In this document: positions 1 to 6,020 of the stretch, piece after piece | How the letters are laid out: every line of letters begins with the position of its first letter | Numbering within the stretch: the first letter of the stretch is position 1 | Origin: Candidatus Wukongarchaeum yapensis | Lineage (GTDB): Archaea; Asgardarchaeota; Wukongarchaeia; Wukongarchaeales; Wukongarchaeaceae | NCBI GenBank assembly: GCA_016840425.1 | Contig: JAEOSI010000140.1 | Span: 1 to 6,144, forward strand | Direction of reading: 5' to 3' | Length of the DNA: 6,144 bases | Notes under the pieces: model-generated | What the model was told of the DNA's origin: nothing | The model's input: only the letters and a program-made list of their open reading frames with translations | Databases searched by the model: none | Program-made: the position numbers and the translations under genes

Positions 1-198
1 GTAGTAAGCCTCTTTTTGCTCAGGTGTTGGAGCCCATCTAATCATCTTGTTAAGAATTTCCACAGCCTTAATGTAATTGTCTAAAGCCGCTTTTTTCTGA
101 CCTTTCTTCTCATTTTCAATAGCTTTCTTAGCATAAGAAATGGCATACTGATAGAGTTCCTGCATTGCTGAAAGTTCTTTCTGACTGCTTTTAGACAT
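1..198 (-). CDS. MIT-domain protein, N-terminal 66 aa (partial, runs off window); probably Vps4/CdvC-type AAA+ ATPase
   Basis: Manual translation from ATG at 198: MSKSSQKELSAMQELYQYAISYAKKAIENEKKGQKKAALDNYIKAVEILNKMIRWAPTPEQKEAYY. It fits the MIT three-helix pattern (A..YA..A...E..G....A...Y..A.E.L) and has a GGTGG SD-like motif 6 nt upstream. The AAA domain is outside the window, so the Vps4 identity rests on context. Confidence 0.8.
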   Translation of the reverse strand, partial: MSKSSQKELSAMQELYQYAISYAKKAIENEKKGQKKAALDNYIKAVEILNKMIRWAPTPEQKEAYY

Positions 199-204
199 TA
201 CTAG

Positions 205-209
205 CCACC
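205..209 (-). promoter_or_regulatory. Shine-Dalgarno-like GGTGG for the MIT gene
   Basis: CCACC on + strand (GGTGG on -), 6 nt before the ATG at 198. Confidence 0.55.
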
Positions 210-667
210 ACATAAATTAATATGTAAAATAACATTAAAATTAGTTTCCCATCCCTAAAATAGGGAACAAAAAAGGAATTGATATAGAAAGATTTTCAGG
301 AGAAGGAAAAAAGGGAGAAGTTTAAGACGCTTAAGACAAAAATTTTAAAAGAAGAGTTTAATCGGGTGTTGCGAAAAGGGAGGCACATGGTTTTAGTAAA
401 CATGACTTACGGGAACCCTATTTTCAACGCTTTTTGATCACTTTTATACCGCTTTTTCTCTCACAAGATAAGCGGTTGTCGTTCAGTTCAAGCAAAACCC
501 TTTGTTGAATATGCTGGTTTCAAAGTTGTTAAATGTGAAAAGATTACGCAAAAAGGTTTTCCCTTAGAGATTATAAAGGCTTTAAAAATATGATGGATTA
601 AAGATATTTTTAGAAACGGTAATCCTTAATATATTTTAAACAATACTAATATTATAAACATGGGTTT

Positions 668-672
668 GGTGA
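668..672 (+). promoter_or_regulatory. Shine-Dalgarno GGTGA for ESCRT-III gene A
   Basis: GGTGA 6 nt upstream of the TTG start at 679, the typical archaeal SD core; supports the TTG start. Confidence 0.65.
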
Positions 673-678
673 TCTTCA

Positions 679-1287
679 TTGGTTTTCGGTAAGTTTGTTA
701 ATTGGTTGATGGGTGGTCGTAGTACTCGGGATTGGATTATTCGTCTTAGGTTGATAGAGCGTAGGATTGAGAGGCAACGCATGAAGTTGAAGAAGGATGA
801 GAATAAGATGATGAAAGAGGTTAGGAGGGCTGTAGAACAGGGGGACATGGAAGCTGCAAAAGTTTTTGCTCAGGATGTTGTAAGGAGTAGGCGTTTTGCT
901 TTGGGTTGTGCAAGGCTTAATTCTAGACTTAAGGGAATTATTGCTAAGATGGAGCACACGGATGCTGTTCAGAGTATAGTGAAGGATATGAAAGGTTTGG
1001 CTATATCTCTTAGGCAGCTTAACCGTTCGCTTAGAGTTCCTCAACTAGGTCGATATGTTGAACAGCTGGAAGAGGGTCTTACTGGTATTGAGGTTTCAAC
1101 GGAAACGATTGATGAAGAACTTGAAGGAGCTTTAAGTTCTGATATTGACGAAGAGGAAGTTACCAGGATTCTTGGGGAAGCAGGGGCGGTTGTAAGCGTG
1201 ACTACGGAGCATGGTCTTCCTACCCCATCAGCAAAGGAGAAAGAGATTAAGGAAGAATTAGAACGTTTACGCGAAGAGGAGAGTTAA
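679..1287 (+). CDS. ESCRT-III protein, Vps2/24/46 (CHMP1-3)-like class (Snf7 fold)
   Basis: 202 aa with a basic N-half and acidic C-half. N-terminal amphipathic segment MVFGKFVNWLMGG, long helical hairpin, motif GDMEAAKVFAQDVVRSRR resembling CHMP2/3 'AK..AK..VR.R', then LPTP and a terminal MIM1-like helix EKEIKEELERLR. Confidence 0.88.
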   Translation: MVFGKFVNWLMGGRSTRDWIIRLRLIERRIERQRMKLKKDENKMMKEVRRAVEQGDMEAAKVFAQDVVRSRRFALGCARLNSRLKGIIAKMEHTDAVQSIVKDMKGLAISLRQLNRSLRVPQLGRYVEQLEEGLTGIEVSTETIDEELEGALSSDIDEEEVTRILGEAGAVVSVTTEHGLPTPSAKEKEIKEELERLREEES

Positions 1288-1300
1288 AGCTTTAATAAGA

Positions 1301-1322
1301 TTCTTTTGTTAACCTCTTTTTT
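1301..1322 (+). terminator. Candidate archaeal oligo-T terminator
   Basis: Pyrimidine/T-rich tract TTCTTTTGTTAACCTCTTTTTT beginning 13 nt after the stop of gene A. Confidence 0.4.
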
Positions 1323-1401
1323 CCTTATACATTGTAGGGGATATTAGGCATAACTTAACACTTTTTAGGGTTTATTTGGGTTTTATAGGAGTTGTTAGGT
1401 T

Positions 1402-4125
1402 TTGGAGATAGGAAGGCCTTTATGCCAGATACTTCCACCACTCGTTGAGAGTTTAGATAGATTGGATCGAGTGGAAGAGCGTCTTCGTCCTTCTTTTGTT
1501 GAAGCGTTATTTCATGCCTACAAAGTTACCGGAGAGGAACGGGTTAAAGCAAGAATGCAAGATGTATTGTTTGGGCTTTTGACATTGCAGGAAGCGGATG
1601 GAAGCTTCTTTGTAGAAGAAGAGGATGATTTAGAGCTTTTTTCTGCTCTTTCCTTAAGGGCTTTATTTTATGTAAAGGAAGTTGTGGAGGTTCAAAAAGA
1701 AGTTTTTGAAAGCGTTTCAGAGTTTTTCCGTAAAGAAGGAAAGGATTGGCCGGCAGTTATGGGTTTATCTTTTTCTTATCTTTTAACAGAAAAAGAAGAG
1801 GATTTGGCTATAGCTCAGAAAATCACGGAAGGATTGGAGGGGGAGAGTAAGGTTAGGGGTCTATGCGCCCTCTATGTTGTAACTCAGGAGAAAGAACTTT
1901 TAGAAAAAGCTTATAGTTCGCTCGCTTCGCTTAATAAGAGAGATAATGAGGAGGCTTTTAAAGATTTAAACGTGGAGTTAGACATTATTTTGTGGGATAT
2001 TAGTGGTTTTGATCCGAAATTTTATCCTTCAGAGATTGTTTCAAGGAATGAGATAGCGAAAAGAATGGAAGTTAAGGAGGAGGTTGAGTGGTTAAGGTGG
2101 GGTTTTGGAGCGGTAGAGGGGGAACTTCTGGTTGGTGAAGGATCGGATAATTATTGGGCGAAACTGCTTGAGGAAAGGAGGTATCTTGTAAAAGCTCCTT
2201 TAAAGCCGAGGTATACGCCGTTAAAAGATGCTTTGCTTTTAGGTAAAAAGTTTAAAGCAAAGAAGGGTGTAGGGTGTAAAGGGGCCCTTTTCATAGGAAG
2301 GGTTGCGGAAAAGGGTTTGAAAACAAGCGATGTTGGAGAGATAGAGGAGATTTATGCAAAGTCTGTTGTTATTAACGCCTTGTTTCCGTTTGTTGTTTTT
2401 ATTTGCGGTCACAGAGGTTCTGGTAAGAGTTATACTATGGGGGTTTTGGCTGAAGAGTTGGCGCGGTCGAATTTGGGTATAGGTATCATAGTAATTGATC
2501 CTTTGGGCGTTTTTTATTCTATGAAACACCCTAATGTTGAATCAAAAGAAGTCGAAATTCTTAAAAAGTGGGGTATGAGACCTAAGGGTTATCCTAATAC
2601 TAGGGTGTATGTGCCGATAGAGCTTGCTTCTGATTTTCCTCCTGAAAGTTGGGATGTTAGATTTTCAATATCTGCTTCTGAGCTTTCAGTTGATGACTGG
2701 TGCCACGCTTTTGGAATTGATAGGTTTGCACCCCAAGGGCTGCTCATATCTCAAGCCATAGATAAGGTGAAGAAGGGTTATATTGCTGAAATTGAAGAAG
2801 GTGAACAAGTAGAGGTTGAAGGGAAGGAGAACTTCACTATTGATGACTTAACAAAGTGTATTGAAAGGGATATCGATATATCGTCAAAGTCTGTGGGATT
2901 TTCAAAGACTACGCAGAGAGCGGCGGTTGCAAGGCTTAATTCTGCGAAAAAGTGGGGTGTTTTAAGCGAAGTGGGGACGCCTTTAACAGAGTTGAGCGTT
3001 CCAAATCAAGTGACGGTTATTGATGTCAGTCATCCAAGGTTAGGGGAGGGATTGCGCGCACTTTTTGTGGGTATACTAGCGCGTAAAATCCTTAGAGAGA
3101 GGACAAAAGCTGCAAGGTATGAGGAAACAGAAGAAATGTTAATAGAGGTGGGGAAAGAAGCCCAAGAGATGAGAAAAGAGGAAATACCATTTACTTGGCT
3201 TGCGATAGATGAAGCACACCTTCTTGTACCTTCAAGAAAGGAAACAGCAGCAAGTATACCTATAGTTGAATATGCGAAACAGGGACGGAAACCGGGTTGC
3301 GCCTTACTAGTTTGCACCCAACAACCAAGTGCAACAGATCCGAGGGTTTTATCCCAAGCGGATTTAATGATTGTACACACTCTCACCTATGAAGATGATG
3401 TGAAAGCGTATATAAGACGTGCGCCTTCCCCTATACCTGATGAGTTAAAAAGCGCAGATTTTGTAAGAAGGCTTCCGGTAGGGGTTGCCATAGTTTCTGA
3501 TAAGGAGTCGGATAGGGGGATTGTTGTAGCGATAAGGGCTAGGTCTTCTATGCATGCTGGGAGAGAAGCCAGGCCGAAGATGGAGGAAAAACCTGAACCA
3601 TCACCCGTTGAAGAGGTCCTGGAACTTGTTTCCGAAGTTCTAGAGGAAGAGGGTGTGGGCGATGTTGGTGTCGAAGCTCCTACACCTCCTAGTGAAGTAA
3701 AGGTTACAGCGGAGGATGAAAAGGAGGGTTTGAGAGGGATTTCAACTATATCTCCGAGTGATGTGCCGAGAAGTCTTCTTAAAGATTTTTTGAAACGTAA
3801 ACTTTTGTATCCTCATTTTACCGACGCCTTGGCGAAAAGTAAGGATGGTCGGGTTCTGCCTTATGAAGTTTCCTCGATAAAATTAGGTTTAACAGGGGCA
3901 AATAGTGCGTCTATCGTTATTTCACGCATTAGGGATGTTGGGTGGAAAATAGTTAAGATCCAGGAAAGTGATAAGTTTCCTGCGGTTATTTTTGACAGAG
4001 GAGGGATGAAGCTTGGGTTGGTAATGGCCCTTGTAGAGGATGGCCTTGAAATCGTATTTACGATAAGCCCTCCGAATCTTTCTGTCCTTTCTGAATTAAA
4101 AAGGGCGATTGAAGGACGAACATGA
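1402..4125 (+). CDS. HerA/FtsK-superfamily (DUF87-type) P-loop ATPase with N-terminal helical-repeat region and extra C-terminal domain
   Basis: Walker A GHRGSGKS (nt 2407-2430), IVIDPLG motif, Walker B WLAIDEAH (3196-3219), arginine-finger QGRK (3280-3291), TQQP (3316-3327) and terminal RSSMHAG, all diagnostic of HerA-like ATPases. TTG start with AGGAG ~10 nt upstream and an in-frame TAG just before it. Confidence 0.9.
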   Translation: MEIGRPLCQILPPLVESLDRLDRVEERLRPSFVEALFHAYKVTGEERVKARMQDVLFGLLTLQEADGSFFVEEEDDLELFSALSLRALFYVKEVVEVQKEVFESVSEFFRKEGKDWPAVMGLSFSYLLTEKEEDLAIAQKITEGLEGESKVRGLCALYVVTQEKELLEKAYSSLASLNKRDNEEAFKDLNVELDIILWDISGFDPKFYPSEIVSRNEIAKRMEVKEEVEWLRWGFGAVEGELLVGEGSDNYWAKLLEERRYLVKAPLKPRYTPLKDALLLGKKFKAKKGVGCKGALFIGRVAEKGLKTSDVGEIEEIYAKSVVINALFPFVVFICGHRGSGKSYTMGVLAEELARSNLGIGIIVIDPLGVFYSMKHPNVESKEVEILKKWGMRPKGYPNTRVYVPIELASDFPPESWDVRFSISASELSVDDWCHAFGIDRFAPQGLLISQAIDKVKKGYIAEIEEGEQVEVEGKENFTIDDLTKCIERDIDISSKSVGFSKTTQRAAVARLNSAKKWGVLSEVGTPLTELSVPNQVTVIDVSHPRLGEGLRALFVGILARKILRERTKAARYEETEEMLIEVGKEAQEMRKEEIPFTWLAIDEAHLLVPSRKETAASIPIVEYAKQGRKPGCALLVCTQQPSATDPRVLSQADLMIVHTLTYEDDVKAYIRRAPSPIPDELKSADFVRRLPVGVAIVSDKESDRGIVVAIRARSSMHAGREARPKMEEKPEPSPVEEVLELVSEVLEEEGVGDVGVEAPTPPSEVKVTAEDEKEGLRGISTISPSDVPRSLLKDFLKRKLLYPHFTDALAKSKDGRVLPYEVSSIKLGLTGANSASIVISRIRDVGWKIVKIQESDKFPAVIFDRGGMKLGLVMALVEDGLEIVFTISPPNLSVLSELKRAIEGRT

Positions 4126-4256
4126 AAAAATAGAAACCCTTTTTAGTTACAGCTATCTTTAATACATAAAAGAAAAATAATCCTTAAGACTAATAAAAAA
4201 AATAGTTTAAGTGATTGTTGTTTATCTTCAATATTTTTTAGATGGAGATTTTAATA

Positions 4257-4934
4257 ATGGGCATTAGGAATTTTCTCTTTGGGGATAAACGAAGAAAACC
4301 ATCAGAAACCATAGCTAAGCTTAGGGCAGTGATCAATCGCTATGAACTGAAATCAAGGGCCATAAGGCGTAAAGCAGATGAGCAACGTTCGTTAGCTATA
4401 GAAATGGTTCGTGATGGCAATAAGATGGGAGCAAAAAAATCTTTATTGAGGAGACAACTTTACCTTAAGAAGCTTGAAAGTACAGAGAATAAAATCCTTA
4501 ACATTAATCGTGTTATAGAGACCATTGAAACTGTGAAAGATAATATTGAGCTTAGTGGCGCTCTTAGAGAGGCAGACGTCGTTATAAATGAGGGTTTGAG
4601 GGAAGTGGGACCGGAAGTAACAGAGGAACTTATGGTACGTCTTGAAGAGGGGATGGAAAGGGCTGCTATGGCTGATGAAGCCCTTTCTGATGTTACTTCT
4701 GCCGAAGCAGAACTTGATCTAGAAATAGAAGAATCTATTGATGCAGAAATCGCCGCTATGGAACGCCAACTCTTGGGAGCAGAAGGAGTAACTACTGAAC
4801 CCGCATCCAGAACCTCTGCAGAAAAACCAAAAGAAACCCGTGTAGCAGACAAAGAAAAACTGGAAGCAGAAGAATCAGAAATAGAAAAGGAGATAAAACT
4901 TCTGAAAAAGCAATTAGAAACATCCTCCCAATAA
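4257..4934 (+). CDS. ESCRT-III protein, Snf7/Vps20/32/60 (CHMP4-7)-like class
   Basis: MGIRNFLFGDKRRK...IAKLR...GNKMGAKKSLLRRQLYLKKLE matches the Snf7 pattern (G.LFG.K, I.KLR, NK..A...L.R...Y...L). Acidic C-half and terminal amphipathic helix. Start placed at the second ATG (4257) because GGAG at 4244-4247 precedes it by 9 nt; ATG 4242 is the alternative. Confidence 0.88.
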   Translation: MGIRNFLFGDKRRKPSETIAKLRAVINRYELKSRAIRRKADEQRSLAIEMVRDGNKMGAKKSLLRRQLYLKKLESTENKILNINRVIETIETVKDNIELSGALREADVVINEGLREVGPEVTEELMVRLEEGMERAAMADEALSDVTSAEAELDLEIEESIDAEIAAMERQLLGAEGVTTEPASRTSAEKPKETRVADKEKLEAEESEIEKEIKLLKKQLETSSQ

Positions 4935-4989
4935 AAACTTAAACAAAAAACTGTAAACTTCAAAAACGCTAAATAAAAGTCGAAAACAC

Positions 4990-5001
4990 TTTTTTATTTT
5001 T
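4990..5001 (+). terminator. Candidate oligo-T terminator for ESCRT-III gene B
   Basis: TTTTTTATTTTT 55 nt after the stop codon. Confidence 0.45.
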
Positions 5002-5141
5002 ATACTGTAAGAAGATCCCTTTACGCAAGAGAGGGAATGAATTGCTATAGATGTCTATTAGCAGAGTTTTTATATGAACCCAGAAGCGATCAGTGCGATA
5101 AACATTTTGTTTGCTACTTTTCTTTTAACTTATTCAGCGAG

Positions 5142-5162
5142 AAGTCCCCTTGTGCAAGGGAG
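5142..5162 (+). repeat. IS200/IS605 left-end hairpin with guide tetranucleotide
   Basis: AAGT followed by CCCCTTG-TG-CAAGGG(A)G, containing a perfect 6-bp stem at 5147-5160. The GAAG(T/C)..CCC...GGGAG layout is similar to the right end. Confidence 0.6.
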
Positions 5163-5365
5163 GGGGGTGAATCGCGGTGTTTATAAAAGTTTTCAAGAAA
5201 AGAAGAGTAAGATGCAGCAGCTAAACCAGAAGATAAGATCAAGCTCAGGATACTCCTTTCAAAGGGGAAGAAGAAATCCTTTAGAGTTCAAAAAATCGAA
5301 AAACAGGGGACAAAAAGCAAATCTTCCCCTGTTTAGAAACCTGTAAAGCCAGGGTAGGTAAAAAA

Positions 5366-5985
5366 ATAATAGCTTATAAATTTAGGCTGTATCCTAGCCC
5401 AGAGCAAGAAAAAAGACTGTTATGGACCTTGGAAAGATGCAGGTTTTTATACAACCAGATGTTAAAAGGCTTAAACCAGCAGGAAGATAAGCCTAACAGG
5501 TTAGAGCTGCAAAACTCCCTCCCAGAGTTAAAAGAAAACCATCCAGAGCTCAAAAAAGTTTACTCTAAAGTTTTACAATACGAATCATACCTGTTGAGAA
5601 ATTAGACGTAAACGGTTTGATAAGGATTAGTTATAATGCTCGGAACATAATGGATTCCTCTTGGAACAAATTCACGCAATTTCTGTCTTACAAGGCTGAA
5701 AGAGCTGGTAAGACGGTTGTAGAAGTGAGCCCGAGAGGAACTACCCAAGAATGTTATAAATGCGGCAAAGAAGTGGAGAAAAGTTTGGCTGTAAGAACCC
5801 ATAAATGCCCCCATTGCGGGTTAGATATAGGCAGAAACTACAACTCCTCATTCGTAGTCTTGAAAAGAGGTTTAGAAGAACTGTTAGGGCAGGGACTGCC
5901 CGAATTTACGCCTGCGGAGACAGAGCCTCTACCGAGAAAGATCTCGGCAAGTTCAGTCGTTGAAACAGGAAGCTCCCTGCGATAG
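5366..5985 (+). pseudogene. tnpB: Internally deleted and frameshifted TnpB (RNA-guided endonuclease) remnant
   Basis: Frame 1, 5366-5605: IIAYKFRLYPSPEQEKRLLWTLERCRFLYNQML...ELKKVYSKVLQYESY (TnpB N-terminal HTH/REC start), stop at 5603-5605, no ATG seen. Frame 2 from ~5593: VEKLDVNGL (RuvC-II Glu)...YKAERAGK..VEVSPRGTTQECYKCG...HKCPHCG (Zn finger 5752-5817)..GRNYNS. RuvC-I and the middle of the protein are absent. Confidence 0.92.
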
Positions 5986-6020
5986 CTGGGAGTAGTTCAC
6001 ATGATTGGACTCCCAAAGCG
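5887..6020 (+). ncRNA. Putative TnpB reRNA/omegaRNA scaffold plus flanking guide
   Basis: Hairpins GGGCAG-GGA-CTGCCC (5887-5901), CCGAGA-AAGA-TCTCGG (5932-5947) and the right-end hairpin overlap the tnpB 3' end, as is established for reRNAs. The guide would be the flank from 6001 (ATGATTGGACTCCCAAAGCG). Boundaries and expression are not demonstrated. Confidence 0.55.
5969..6000 (+). repeat. IS200/IS605 right-end hairpin and TCAC cleavage site
   Basis: GAAG-CTCCC-T-GC-GATA-GC-T-GGGAG-TAGTTCAC: stem 5973-5992 with one T/T mismatch, ending in TCAC. Confidence 0.8.

Larger units (their letters stand above)
5129..6000 (+). mobile_element. Non-autonomous IS200/IS605-family (IS1341-like, tnpB-only) element
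   Basis: tnpB remnants, a left subterminal hairpin (5146-5162), and a right hairpin followed by TTCAC ending at 6000. No tnpA, no TIRs and no TSD, as expected for the family. Left junction inferred after TTTAA (5124-5128) using the IS608 guide/cleavage pairing rule (AAGT predicts TTnA; GAAG predicts TCnC). The right end is more certain than the left. Confidence 0.8.

Noticed and set aside
387-437. Small ORF MVLVNMTYGNPIFNAF after GGAGG (379-383)
   Set aside because: Only 16 codons, SD spacing just 3 nt, no recognisable features.
636-1044. Minus-strand ORFs 636..848 and 676..1044
   Set aside because: Antisense shadows of ESCRT-III gene A; no recognisable motifs.
2239-3386. Minus-strand ORFs 2239..2529 and 3030..3386
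   Set aside because: Antisense to the well-supported HerA-like gene.
1402-4125. Calling the ATPase canonical herA (NurA partner), cedB or virB4
   Set aside because: No nurA/mre11/rad50, cedA or T4SS genes in the window, no evident HAS barrel or transmembrane segment; only superfamily membership is supported.
4460-4963. Ser-rich 167-aa minus-strand ORF
   Set aside because: Antisense product of the GAA/GCA-rich ESCRT-III gene B.
5164-5224. GGGGTGA followed by GTG and a 15-aa ORF (MFIKVFKKRRVRCSS)
   Set aside because: The SD-like string is part of the IS left-end structure; the ORF is too short and unrecognisable.
5074-5346. 90-aa plus-strand ORF, possible tnpA
   Set aside because: Crosses the inferred IS left junction and hairpin; no HUH/Y1 motif or serine-recombinase motif.
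5602-5814. 70-aa minus-strand ORF
   Set aside because: Antisense to the tnpB remnant.
5617-5985. Treating the 122-aa ORF as an intact zinc-ribbon gene
   Set aside because: It is the C-terminal piece of a deleted tnpB; its reading frame and RuvC-II motif extend upstream of the called TTG.
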